Source of the DNA: Burkholderiales bacterium
Lineage (GTDB): Bacteria > Pseudomonadota > Gammaproteobacteria > Burkholderiales > SG8-39
Reading direction: 5' to 3'
DNA length: 64,000 nt
NCBI GenBank assembly: GCA_036381055.1
Contig: DASVDO010000009.1
Location: 1,628 to 65,627 of the forward strand
The notes beneath the pieces are model-generated. The model was given only the letters and a program-made list of their open reading frames with translations, made no database searches and was not told where the DNA came from. Numbering within the stretch: position 1 is the stretch's first letter; each line of letters starts with the position of its first letter. Position numbers and translations under genes: made by a program. Below are positions 25,435 through 34,731 of the stretch, piece by piece.

Positions 25435-27866
25435 GCAAGCGCTTCGACATCGTAGGCAAGCCGCGCCGGCGCGTCGACGGCCGCGCCAAGGTGACCGGGC
25501 AGCTTCGCTACGCCGACGACCTCTCCATGCCGCGCATGCTGCACGCGAAGCTCTTGAGGTCTCCGCATCCCCACGCCGTGATCGAGCAGATCGATACCGA
25601 CAAGGCGAAGGCGCATCCCGGCGTGCACCTCGTCCTCACCGGCGCCGATTTCCCGGTGCCGTTCGGCATCATGCCGGTGTCGGTGGACGAATATCCGCTC
25701 GCGCGCGAGCGCGTGCGCTACGTCGGCGACCCGGTCGCGGCGGTGATCGCGCGCGACGAGCAGACCGCCGTGGCGGCGCTCGACCTGATCGAGGTGAAGT
25801 ACCGGGTGCTGAAGCCGATCGAGAGCGCCGAGCACGGGCTCGCCAATCCCGAGCCGAGGATCCACGACTACGGCGAGCAGGGCAACATCCATCGCAACCA
25901 GTCCTACGAGTTCGGCGACGTCGCCGAGGCGCTCGCGAAGTCCGATTACGTCTTCGAGGATCTCTTCTACTACGAAGGCAACACGCACCTGCCGATGGAG
26001 CAGCAGGCCTCGCTCGCCTTCGTCGACCCGGAAGGCAAGCTGCAGATCTGCTCCAGCACGCAGAACCCGCACTACCTGCACCGCCAGCTCGCGCGCGTGC
26101 TGCGCGTCCCCGAGTCGCAGATCCGCGTCGTCGCGACGCCCAACGGCGGCGGCTTCGGCGGCAAGTGCGACCCGGGCGGCCACGAGTTCGTGGTGTGCAA
26201 GGCGGCGCTCGTGCTCGGCCGGCCGGTGAAGATCGGCCTGACGCGCGAGGAGGTGTTCTACGTGCACCGCGGCCGCCACCCGGTGCTGATGAAGATGAAG
26301 ACCGGGGTGACGAAGGACGGCAAGCTCACCGGCATGCACCTGCAGACGCTGCTCGACGGCGGCGGCTACGGCTCGCACGGCCCGGCGAGCACCTTCTACA
26401 CCGGCGTGCTGACGCCGGTCACGTACCACTATCCGCGCTTCAAGTTCGAGGCCTGCCGCGTCTTCACCAACAAGCCGGCGTGCGGCCCGAAGCGCGGCCA
26501 CGGCACGCCGCAGCCGCGCTTCGGCCAGGAGGTGCAGCTCGACAAGATCGCCGAGAAGCTCGGCATCGACCCCGCCGAGCTGCGGCTGAAGAATCTGACC
26601 AGGGAAAATTCCTTGACCGCGAGCTGGCTGAAGATCGGCTCGAACGGCCTCGCCGAGTGCATCGAGAAGGTGACCGCGATGTCGGGCTGGAAGGAGCGCC
26701 GCGGCAAGCTCGGCAAGGGGCGCGGCCTCGGTCTCGCGTGCAGCACGTACATGTGCGGCGCCGGCGTCGCCATCTACTGGAACAAGATGCCGCACTCGGG
26801 CGTGCAGATCCTGCTCGACCGCTCGGGCGCGGTGATCGTCTACTGCGGCGCCACCGAGCTCGGCCAGGGCTCCGACGACGTGCTCGCCGCCCTGGTCGCC
26901 GAGGCGCTCGGCGTGGAGACCGGCGCGGTGCGCCTGGTGACCGGCGACACCGGCATCACGCCGGTGGACCTCGGCTCGTACTCGAGCCGCGTCACGATCA
27001 TGGCCGGCAACGCCGCGCTGCAGGCGGCGGAACGCCTGCGCGCCGCGATCGCGTCGGCGGTCGCCGAGACCCTGGGAACGCTGCCCGACCGCGTGGTGTT
27101 CTCGCAGGGCCGAGTATTCGCCGCGGACAATTCCGGGCCGGGCATGAGCTTCGTCGAGGCCGTGCAGGCGGCGGAAGCGCGGCTCGGCACGCTCTCGGCG
27201 GTCGGCTCCTACTCCCCGCCCAGGCCGCCCGGCAGGTACAAGGGCGCCGGGGTGGGACCGTCGCCCGCCTACAGCTTCACCGCCTGCGTGGTGCAGGCCG
27301 AGGTCGACGAGCGCACCGGCTGGATCCACGTGCCCAGGGTCTGGATCGTCCACGACATCGGCCGCGCGCTCAATCCGACGCTCGCGCGCGGGCAGGTGAT
27401 CGGCGGCGTGTACATGGGCCTGGGCGAGGCGCTGATGGAGGAGCAGTCGTTCCGCCGCCTGCCGGAGAAGCTCTCCGGCGCGCTGGTGCACCGCGCGCCC
27501 TCGATGCTCGATTACAAGAGCCTCACGTCGCTCGACATGCCGGAGGTCGAGGTGGCGTTCGTCGAGGAGCCGGATCCGAACTGCCCGTACGACGCCAAGG
27601 AAGTCGGCCAGGGGCCGCTCCTGCCGGTGATACCGGCGCTGGCGAACGCGGTGTACGACGCGGTGGGCGTGCGCATCGACGAAGTGCCGATCACGCCCGA
27701 CAAGGTGCTGAGGGCTCTGGAGAGGAAGGCGAAGGGAGAGCCGGCGCGCGTCGGCCCGGAGCGTTTCCCCGCGGTGCCGTACCCGAAAGCCATGTTCGTG
27801 CTGCCGCCCTGGGAAGGCGGCGACGGCAACGAAAGCAAGCGCGATGCTGCGGCTGCCGTGGTTTGA
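25431..27866 (+). CDS. Molybdopterin-binding large subunit of a molybdenum hydroxylase (4-hydroxybenzoyl-CoA reductase alpha-like)
   Basis: 811 aa with aldehyde oxidase/XDH hammerhead and MoCo-binding blocks (GGGFGGK, GQGSDDVLAALVAE, GSYSSRVT, KEVGQGPLLP). ATGA overlap with the small subunit. Confidence 0.85.
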   Translation: MSKRFDIVGKPRRRVDGRAKVTGQLRYADDLSMPRMLHAKLLRSPHPHAVIEQIDTDKAKAHPGVHLVLTGADFPVPFGIMPVSVDEYPLARERVRYVGDPVAAVIARDEQTAVAALDLIEVKYRVLKPIESAEHGLANPEPRIHDYGEQGNIHRNQSYEFGDVAEALAKSDYVFEDLFYYEGNTHLPMEQQASLAFVDPEGKLQICSSTQNPHYLHRQLARVLRVPESQIRVVATPNGGGFGGKCDPGGHEFVVCKAALVLGRPVKIGLTREEVFYVHRGRHPVLMKMKTGVTKDGKLTGMHLQTLLDGGGYGSHGPASTFYTGVLTPVTYHYPRFKFEACRVFTNKPACGPKRGHGTPQPRFGQEVQLDKIAEKLGIDPAELRLKNLTRENSLTASWLKIGSNGLAECIEKVTAMSGWKERRGKLGKGRGLGLACSTYMCGAGVAIYWNKMPHSGVQILLDRSGAVIVYCGATELGQGSDDVLAALVAEALGVETGAVRLVTGDTGITPVDLGSYSSRVTIMAGNAALQAAERLRAAIASAVAETLGTLPDRVVFSQGRVFAADNSGPGMSFVEAVQAAEARLGTLSAVGSYSPPRPPGRYKGAGVGPSPAYSFTACVVQAEVDERTGWIHVPRVWIVHDIGRALNPTLARGQVIGGVYMGLGEALMEEQSFRRLPEKLSGALVHRAPSMLDYKSLTSLDMPEVEVAFVEEPDPNCPYDAKEVGQGPLLPVIPALANAVYDAVGVRIDEVPITPDKVLRALERKAKGEPARVGPERFPAVPYPKAMFVLPPWEGGDGNESKRDAAAAVV

Positions 27867-28842
27867 CTACCGCGCGCCGCGCTCGCTCGCCGAGGCGGCG
27901 CGCATCCTCGCGGGCGAGGGGCCGGCGGCGATGCCGATCGCCGGCGGCACCGACCTGCTGCCCAACATGAAGCGCCGCCACCAGACGCCGAAAGTGCTGG
28001 TCTCGCTCGGCCGGATCGAGGAGCTCAGGCGCTCGAACGGCAGCTTCGGCGCCGCTCTGACGCTCGCCGAGGTGGCGCGGAGCGAGCGCGCGCCGGCGGC
28101 GCTGCGCCAGGCGGCGGCGCAGGTCGCGACGCCGCACCTGCGCAACATGGGCACGCTCGGCGGCAACCTGTGCCTCGACACGCGCTGCACCTATTACAAC
28201 CAGACCTACGAGTGGCGCAAGGCGATCGGCTTCTGCCTCAAGAAGGACGGCCAGACGTGCTGGGTGGCGACCGCGAGCAAGCGCTGCGTGGCGGTCTCTT
28301 CCAGCGACACCGCGCCGGCGCTCATCGCCCTGAACGCCTCGGTGAGGCTGGTGAGCGCGAGCGGCGAGCGCGAGCTGCCGGTGGAGGCGCTGTACCGGAA
28401 CGACGGCATCGACTACCTGGCGCGCCGCCCCGACGAGATTCTCGCCGAGGTGAAAGTGCCCCAGGGGTGGCGAAGCGCGTACTGGAAGCTGCGGCGCCGC
28501 GGCGCCTTCGACTTCCCGGTGCTCGGCGTCGCGGTGGCGGTGCGCTTCGACGGCGACGTCGTGCGCGAGGCGCGCATCGCGCTCGGCGCGGTCGCCTCCC
28601 GGCCGTTCCTGGTGGAGAAGGCGGGCGAGCTCCTGGTGGGTCAAAGGCTGACCGACGAGGCGATCCGGCAGGCCGCCGAGCGGGTGGCGAACCGCGCCAA
28701 GCCGATGGACAACACCGACATGGACCTGTACTGGCGCAAGGAAGTGGCCGACGACTTCGCCGCCTACGCGCTGCGCGAGGTGCGCGGCGACGACATGCGC
28801 GAAACCCGCCAGCGCATCAATCGGTTTACAGTAGAGCGTTGA
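27844..28842 (+). CDS. FAD-binding medium subunit carrying a Cys-rich insertion (HcrB-type, putative extra [4Fe-4S])
   Basis: FAD motif PIAGGTDLLP. Insertion GGNLCLDTRCTYYNQTYEWRKAIGFCLKKDGQTCWVATASKRCV with Cys115-x15-Cys131-x7-Cys139-x8-Cys148. Confidence 0.8.
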   Translation: MLRLPWFDYRAPRSLAEAARILAGEGPAAMPIAGGTDLLPNMKRRHQTPKVLVSLGRIEELRRSNGSFGAALTLAEVARSERAPAALRQAAAQVATPHLRNMGTLGGNLCLDTRCTYYNQTYEWRKAIGFCLKKDGQTCWVATASKRCVAVSSSDTAPALIALNASVRLVSASGERELPVEALYRNDGIDYLARRPDEILAEVKVPQGWRSAYWKLRRRGAFDFPVLGVAVAVRFDGDVVREARIALGAVASRPFLVEKAGELLVGQRLTDEAIRQAAERVANRAKPMDNTDMDLYWRKEVADDFAAYALREVRGDDMRETRQRINRFTVER

Positions 28843-29918
28843 TGCGAAAGGCGCGCTTCTGGCTGACGTTCCTGGTGCTCGCCGCGGCGCTGGCGGCCGG
28901 GGGCTGGTATTCCCGCAATCTTCCCGACAAGGACGCCGCGGCGGCCACCGCGCCGACGCTGCGCGACGCGGTCGCGGTCGAGGCGGCGCGCGTCGTGGTC
29001 GACACCGTGGTGCACGACCTGCGCGCGGTCGGCACGCTGGCGCCGAACGAGGCGGTGGCGGTGGCGCCGGAGATCGCCGGGCGCGTCGAGCGCATCGCCT
29101 TCCGCGAAGGCCAGGCGGTCGAGGCGGGCGCGGTGCTGGTCGAGCTCGACGCCTCGATCCTGCGCGCCGAGCTCGCCAAGGCGCGCTCCGACCTCGCGCT
29201 CGCGCGCGCCAACCACGAGCGCGCCTCGGCGCTCGCGCAGCGCGGCCTCGCCACGCAGCGCTCGCTCGACGAGGCGCGCGCCGCCCTGCAGGCGGCGCAG
29301 GCGGGCTATCAGCTGGCGCAGGCGCGCCTCGAGAAGGCGACCATCCGCGCGCCGCTCGCCGGCGTGGTCGGCCTGCGCACGGTGAGCGTCGGCGCCTACG
29401 TGACGCCCGGCCAGCGCATCGTCGAGCTGTCCGACATCGACCCGCTGAAGGTCGAGTTCCGCGTGCCGGAGCTGGCGCTGTCCGAGCTGCGCCGCGGCCA
29501 GGCGATCCGCGTCACGGTCGACGCGCTGCCCGGGCGCACCTTTCACGGCGAGATCGACGCGATCGACCCGGTGGTCGACGTGTCGGGGCGCGCCATCCGG
29601 CTGCGCGCGCGCATCGCCAACCCGAAAGGCGAGCTCGCGCCCGGCCTGTTCGCCCGGGTGCAGATCGAGCTCGAGCGGCGCGAGAACGCGCTGCTCGTGC
29701 CGGAAGCGGCGATCTTCGCCGAGGGCACGAAGCGCTACGTCTACCGGGTGGTCGACGGCCGCGCGCTGCGCACGCCGGTCGAGCTGGGGCTGCGCCGCCC
29801 CGGCGAGGTCGAGGTGCTGAAGGGCCTCGCGCGCGGCGACGTGGTGGTGACCGCCGGCCAGCAGCAGGTCCACGACGGCGCGCGCGTCGACGTGGTGAAC
29901 TCGCCCGCCGCCGGCTGA
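28842..29918 (+). CDS. RND efflux membrane-fusion (periplasmic adaptor) protein
   Basis: N-terminal membrane anchor, coiled-coil hairpin (LAKARSDLALARANHERA...LQAAQAGYQLAQARL), and IRAPLAGVVG lipoyl-like motif. TGATG junction. Confidence 0.9.
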   Translation: MRKARFWLTFLVLAAALAAGGWYSRNLPDKDAAAATAPTLRDAVAVEAARVVVDTVVHDLRAVGTLAPNEAVAVAPEIAGRVERIAFREGQAVEAGAVLVELDASILRAELAKARSDLALARANHERASALAQRGLATQRSLDEARAALQAAQAGYQLAQARLEKATIRAPLAGVVGLRTVSVGAYVTPGQRIVELSDIDPLKVEFRVPELALSELRRGQAIRVTVDALPGRTFHGEIDAIDPVVDVSGRAIRLRARIANPKGELAPGLFARVQIELERRENALLVPEAAIFAEGTKRYVYRVVDGRALRTPVELGLRRPGEVEVLKGLARGDVVVTAGQQQVHDGARVDVVNSPAAG

Positions 29919-29919
29919 G

Positions 29920-32900
29920 ATGAACTTCTTCGAGTTCTTCATCCGCCGCCGGGTGTTCTCGACGGTGACCAGCCTGCTGATCGTGCTGGTCGGCCTGGTG
30001 TCGTACTCGCGGCTCACCGTGCGCGAGTACCCGAACATCGACGAGCCGATCGTCTCGGCGCGCACCGAGTACCTCGGCGCGAGCGCCGAGATCATCGAGT
30101 CGCAGGTCACCCAGGTGCTCGAGGCGTCGATCGCCGGCATCGAGGGCATCGAGACGCTCACCTCGTCGAGCGAGCCCGAGGAGAGCCGCATCACGGTGCG
30201 CTTCCGCCTCGACACCGACCCCGACGTGGCGGCGAGCGACGTGCGCGACCGCGTGGCGCGGGTGCGCAAGCGCCTGCCCGAGGAGATCGAGGAGCCGGTG
30301 ATCGCCAAGGTCGAGGCCGACGCGCAGTCGATCATCTACATCGCCTTCACCAGCGACCGGCACCGCCCGGCGGAGATCTCCGACTACGCCGACCGCTACG
30401 TGCGCGACCGGCTGCAGAATCTGCCCGGCGTCGCCGAGGTGCGCATCTTCGGCGAGCGCCGCTACTCGATGCGCATCTGGCTCGACCGCACGCGCCTCGC
30501 CGCCTACCAGCTCACGGTGCAGGACGTCGAGGACGCGCTGCGCCAGCAGAACGTCGAGGTGCCCTCGGGGCGCATCGAGAGCGTGGCGCGCGAGTTCACG
30601 GTGCTCTCGCGCACCGGCCTCACCACGCCCGAGCAGTTCCGGCGCATCGTGCTGAAGAACGCCAACGGCTTCCCGGTGCGCCTGGGCGACGTCGCCGAGG
30701 TCGAGATCGGCCCGCAGGACGAGCGGCGCATCACGCGCTTCAACGGCGAGAACGCGGTGATCCTCGGCATCGTCAAGCAGGCGACCGCCAACCCGCTCGA
30801 CGTGTCGAAGGCGATGCGCGAGGTGATGCCCGAGCTGGTGCGCGACCTGCCGACCGGCATGAACGCGCAGATCGCCTACGACAAGTCGATCTTCATCGAC
30901 CGCTCGGTGCAGGCGGTGTACACGACCATCGCCGAGGCGGTGGCGCTGGTGGTGCTGGTGATCTTCTTCTTCCTGCGCACCGTGCGCGCGAGCGTGATCC
31001 CGCTGGTGACCATCCCGGTGTCGCTGATCGGCGCGTTCGCGCTGATGGACCTGTTCGGCTTCTCGATCAACACCCTGACGCTGCTCTCGATGGTGCTGGC
31101 GATCGGCCTGGTGGTGGACGACGCGATCGTCGTGCTGGAGAACGTGCACCGGCACATCGAGGAGGGCATGGCGCCGATGCGCGCCGCGATGCGCGGCATC
31201 GGCGAGATCTCGAGCGCGGTGATCGCCATGACGCTCACCCTCGCCGCGGTGTACGCGCCGGTGGCGTTCGCGCCGGGGCGCACCGGCCGCCTGTTCGCCG
31301 AGTTCGCGCTGACCCTCGCCGGCGCGGTGCTGGTGTCGGGCTTCGTCGCGCTGACCCTCACGCCGATGATGTGCTCGCGCCTGATGCGCGGCCACGAGAC
31401 GCACGGCCGGCTGTACAACTTCCTCGAGTCCGGCATCCAGGCGCTGAACCGCGGCTACCGGCGGCTGCTCAACGCGACGCTCGACATGCGCTGGCTGGTG
31501 CTCGGCCTGGCGCTCGCGGTGGCGGCGCTGGGCGCGGTGCTGTTCCACACCCTCAAGTCGGAGCTGGCGCCGGTCGAGGACCGCGGCGTGCTGTTCACCG
31601 CCGGCAACGCGCCGGAAGGCTCGACCGTCGACTTCACCGCGCGCTACGCCGAGCGCTTCGAGGAGATGCTGTCGCAGATCCCCGAGGTGGCGCACTACTT
31701 CGTGATCGTCGGCTCGCGCGCGGTGACCGAGCTGATCTCGTTCTCGCAGCTCACCCCCTGGGAGGAGCGCAGCCGCACGCAGATGGAGATCGTGCAGGAG
31801 CTGCAGCCCAAGCTCAGGCGCATCACCGGCGTGCGCGCCTTCGCCAACAACCCCGGCTCGTTCGGCCAGAGCGCGCGCGCCAAGCCCGTCGAGTTCGTGG
31901 TGCAGACCGCCGAGAGCTACGCCAAGCTGCAGCAGTACGTCGACCAGCTGATGGCCGAAGCGGCGCGCTACCCGGGCCTGATCAACCTCGACAGCGACCT
32001 GCGGCTCAACAAGCCGCAGGTCGAGGTGCTGGTCGACCGCGAGCGCGTCGCCGACACCGGCGCCGGCGTGCTGACGGTGGGCCGCACCCTCGAGACGCTG
32101 CTCGGCGGGCGCCAGGTGACGCGCTTCAACCAGAACGGCGAGCAGTACGACGTGATCGTGCAGGTGGCGCCGCACGCGCGCCGCACCCCCGGCGACCTCG
32201 ACCAGATCTACGTGCGCGGCCGCGACGGCGCGATGCTGCCGCTCGCCAACCTGGTGACGGTGCGCGAAACCGTGGCGCCGAAGGAGCTGAACCGCTTCAA
32301 CCAGTTCCGCTCGGCGACCATCACCGCCAGCATCGCGCCGGGCTACTCGCTCGGCGAGGCGCTCGACTACCTGGAGGCGGCCGCCGAGCGCGTGCTGCCG
32401 CCCTCGGTGCGCTTCGACTATTCCGGCGAGTCGCGCGAGTTCCGCGAGACCGGGCGCAGCGTGCTGTTCATCTTCCTGCTGGCGCTCGGCTTCATCTTCC
32501 TCGTGCTCGCCGCGCAGTTCGAGAGCTTCGTCGACCCGCTGATCATCATGCTCACGGTGCCGCTGTCCATGACCGGCGCGCTCGCCGCGCTGCACCTCAC
32601 GGGCGGCACGCTCAACATCTACAGCCAGATCGGCCTGGTGACCCTGATCGGCCTGATCAGCAAGCACGGCATCCTGATCGTGCAGTTCGCCAACCGGCTG
32701 CAGGACGAGGGCCGGCCGCTGCGCGCCGCGGTGCTCGAGGCGGCGGCGCTGCGCCTGCGGCCCATCCTCATGACCACCGGCGCGATGGTCGCGGGCGCCG
32801 TGCCGCTCGCCGTCGCCGTGGGCGCCGGCGCCGAGAGCCGCCAGGAGATCGGCTGGGTGATCGTCGGCGGCATGACCTTCGGCACGGTGCTGACGCTGTT

Positions 32901-33009
32901 CGTCGTGCCGACCGCCTACACGCTGCTCGCGCGCGACCGGCGCGCGGCGAGCGCCACGCCCGCGGCGGCGAGCGAAAGCGCGGTGAAGCAGTACAGCGAA
33001 GCGCGGTAG
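29920..33009 (+). CDS. RND efflux transporter, inner-membrane permease (AcrB/HAE1-like)
   Basis: 1029 aa. MNFFEFFIRRRVFSTV N-terminus and a 12-TM architecture with two large periplasmic loops. Confidence 0.9.
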   Translation: MNFFEFFIRRRVFSTVTSLLIVLVGLVSYSRLTVREYPNIDEPIVSARTEYLGASAEIIESQVTQVLEASIAGIEGIETLTSSSEPEESRITVRFRLDTDPDVAASDVRDRVARVRKRLPEEIEEPVIAKVEADAQSIIYIAFTSDRHRPAEISDYADRYVRDRLQNLPGVAEVRIFGERRYSMRIWLDRTRLAAYQLTVQDVEDALRQQNVEVPSGRIESVAREFTVLSRTGLTTPEQFRRIVLKNANGFPVRLGDVAEVEIGPQDERRITRFNGENAVILGIVKQATANPLDVSKAMREVMPELVRDLPTGMNAQIAYDKSIFIDRSVQAVYTTIAEAVALVVLVIFFFLRTVRASVIPLVTIPVSLIGAFALMDLFGFSINTLTLLSMVLAIGLVVDDAIVVLENVHRHIEEGMAPMRAAMRGIGEISSAVIAMTLTLAAVYAPVAFAPGRTGRLFAEFALTLAGAVLVSGFVALTLTPMMCSRLMRGHETHGRLYNFLESGIQALNRGYRRLLNATLDMRWLVLGLALAVAALGAVLFHTLKSELAPVEDRGVLFTAGNAPEGSTVDFTARYAERFEEMLSQIPEVAHYFVIVGSRAVTELISFSQLTPWEERSRTQMEIVQELQPKLRRITGVRAFANNPGSFGQSARAKPVEFVVQTAESYAKLQQYVDQLMAEAARYPGLINLDSDLRLNKPQVEVLVDRERVADTGAGVLTVGRTLETLLGGRQVTRFNQNGEQYDVIVQVAPHARRTPGDLDQIYVRGRDGAMLPLANLVTVRETVAPKELNRFNQFRSATITASIAPGYSLGEALDYLEAAAERVLPPSVRFDYSGESREFRETGRSVLFIFLLALGFIFLVLAAQFESFVDPLIIMLTVPLSMTGALAALHLTGGTLNIYSQIGLVTLIGLISKHGILIVQFANRLQDEGRPLRAAVLEAAALRLRPILMTTGAMVAGAVPLAVAVGAGAESRQEIGWVIVGGMTFGTVLTLFVVPTAYTLLARDRRAASATPAAASESAVKQYSEAR

Positions 33010-34163
33010 TCGCCGGTCGCGTCGCGCAGCAGCCCCGAGAAGAGCGGCCCCGCGGCCTGCGCCAGCACCTGCGCCGACAGCGCGATGCCGCGGATCGCGC
33101 CGAAGTTGGCGCGCCCGAAGTAGTCCGCCCACGCCACCGGCAGCAGCGTCAGCATGCCGCCCAGGCCGAAGCCGAACACGCCGCCGGCGACGAAGCCGTC
33201 GGCCGCGGTGGCGATGCGCGTCATGAGGAACGCGCCGGCGGCGAGCAGCGCACCGATCAGCGAGAGCACGACGCGCAGCGGCAGGCGGCGCGCCAGGGCG
33301 CTGCCGCCCAGCGTGCCGGCGCCCGACATCAGCGAGAAGAAGCCGACCACGCTCGCCGCGGTCGCCGCGCCGACGCCGCGCTCCACGAGGTGCGCCGCCT
33401 GGTGCAGGCTCACCCCCGCCTGCACCGGGTAGACCAGCACCGTGTAGGCGAGCAGCAGCCAGAAGGCGGGCGTGCGCATCGCCTGGGCGCGCGAGAACGA
33501 GGGCTCTTCGAGCTTGCGCTCCGAAGCGCTCCCGGCCGCGGCCGGGCGGCCGTCGGGCGCCAGGCCCATGTCCTCCGGCCGGCGCGCGACGAACAGCCAT
33601 GCCGGCAGGAAGCCGACCACGAACGTGAGCACGCCGATCGCGATCCAGCCGCCGCGCCAGCCGCCGTGGCCGATGGCGAGCTGCGCGACGAGCGGCAGCG
33701 CCACCAGTCCGCCCATCTGCGCCAGCGTGGCGAGCGAGGCGGCGAGCGCGCGGCGCTCGACGAACCAGTTGTTGAGCGCGCCGTAGATGCCGAGGTCGAA
33801 CGGCCCCGCCCAGTTCATGCGCGCGAAGCAGAACAGCAGGTAGAAGACGAGCAGCGACGGGGTGAACGACAAAAGGATAAGCGCCACGCCGTTCAGCGCC
33901 ACGGCGAGGCAGAGCACCAGGCGCGAGCCGTGCCGGTCGAGCAGCGGGCCGATCAGGGGCGAGACGACGGCGGCGAGCACGCCGCCGAGCGACACCGCGC
34001 CCGAGAGCGCGGCGCGCGACCAGCCGAACTCGCGTGTCAGCGGCTCGACGAACACCGACAGGGTCGCCACCGCCGAGCCCTGGCGCGCGAACCCGGCGCA
34101 GCAGAGCGCGGCGAGGACGACCCAGCCGTAATAGAAAGGCAGCCGCGCCGCGAGCGCTCGCAC
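32916..34163 (-). CDS. MFS transporter
   Basis: 415 aa, 12 hydrophobic segments, PLIGPLLDRHGSR MFS loop motif. The 3' end overlaps the RND gene's 3' end by 94 nt. Confidence 0.8.
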   Translation of the reverse strand: MRALAARLPFYYGWVVLAALCCAGFARQGSAVATLSVFVEPLTREFGWSRAALSGAVSLGGVLAAVVSPLIGPLLDRHGSRLVLCLAVALNGVALILLSFTPSLLVFYLLFCFARMNWAGPFDLGIYGALNNWFVERRALAASLATLAQMGGLVALPLVAQLAIGHGGWRGGWIAIGVLTFVVGFLPAWLFVARRPEDMGLAPDGRPAAAGSASERKLEEPSFSRAQAMRTPAFWLLLAYTVLVYPVQAGVSLHQAAHLVERGVGAATAASVVGFFSLMSGAGTLGGSALARRLPLRVVLSLIGALLAAGAFLMTRIATAADGFVAGGVFGFGLGGMLTLLPVAWADYFGRANFGAIRGIALSAQVLAQAAGPLFSGLLRDATGDYRASLYCFTALSLAAAGVALAARRSRASSV

Positions 34164-34176
34164 CCCGGCATTCTAG

Positions 34177-34197
34177 AAAAATGGTGACAGTCACCGG
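34177..34197. repeat. Solitary REP copy (same family as the RAYT-flanking REPs)
   Basis: AAAAATGGTGACAGTCACCGG in the divergent gap between the MFS gene (start 34163) and the iorA-like gene (start 34258). Confidence 0.85.
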
Positions 34198-34257
34198 TTT
34201 CGCGATTGAAATTTCCTTCTCCTCGATTACAGTAGGCGCTTCAACGAGGAGAGCGGA

Positions 34258-34722
34258 ATGATCAAGCTGGTCGTGAATGGGCGCTCGCGCCAGGTGGACG
34301 TCGAGCCCGAGATGCCGCTGCTGTGGGTGCTGCGCGACGTGCTCGACGTCAAGGGTCCGAAGTTCGGCTGCGGCATCGCGCAATGCGGCGCCTGCACCGT
34401 GCACGTCAACGACGAGCCGGTGCGCTCGTGCTCCTTTCCGGTGTCGGCGGCGGCGGGCAAGCGCGTCGTCACCCTCGAGGGGCTGGCGAAGCGCGGCAAG
34501 CTGCACCCGGTGCAGCAGGCGTGGATCGACCACCAGGTGCCGCAGTGCGGCTACTGCCAGGGCGGGCAGATCATGGCCGCGGTGGCGCTGCTGCGCAGGA
34601 TCCCCAACCCGACCGACCAGGACATCGACGAGGCGATGACCAACATCTGCCGCTGCGGCACCTATGCGCGCATCCGGCCGGCGATCCATGCCGCCGCCAA
34701 GGCGGCGAAGGCGAAGGCCTAG
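34258..34722 (+). CDS. [2Fe-2S]-binding small subunit, isoquinoline 1-oxidoreductase alpha (IorA)-like
   Basis: [11 protein letters not shown] and CGYCQGG...CRCGTY cluster motifs. 154 aa. GAGGAGA RBS. Confidence 0.9.
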   Translation: MIKLVVNGRSRQVDVEPEMPLLWVLRDVLDVKGPKFGCGIAQCGACTVHVNDEPVRSCSFPVSAAAGKRVVTLEGLAKRGKLHPVQQAWIDHQVPQCGYCQGGQIMAAVALLRRIPNPTDQDIDEAMTNICRCGTYARIRPAIHAAAKAAKAKA

Positions 34723-34731
34723 GAGGCTGCC

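Noticed and set aside
24952-28842. Aerobic CO dehydrogenase (CoxSLM).
   Set aside because: The gene order is small-large-medium rather than coxMSL. I could not find the CODH active-site loop (VAYRCSFR or AYRGAGR) in the large subunit. The medium subunit carries the Cys-rich insertion characteristic of the Hcr type.
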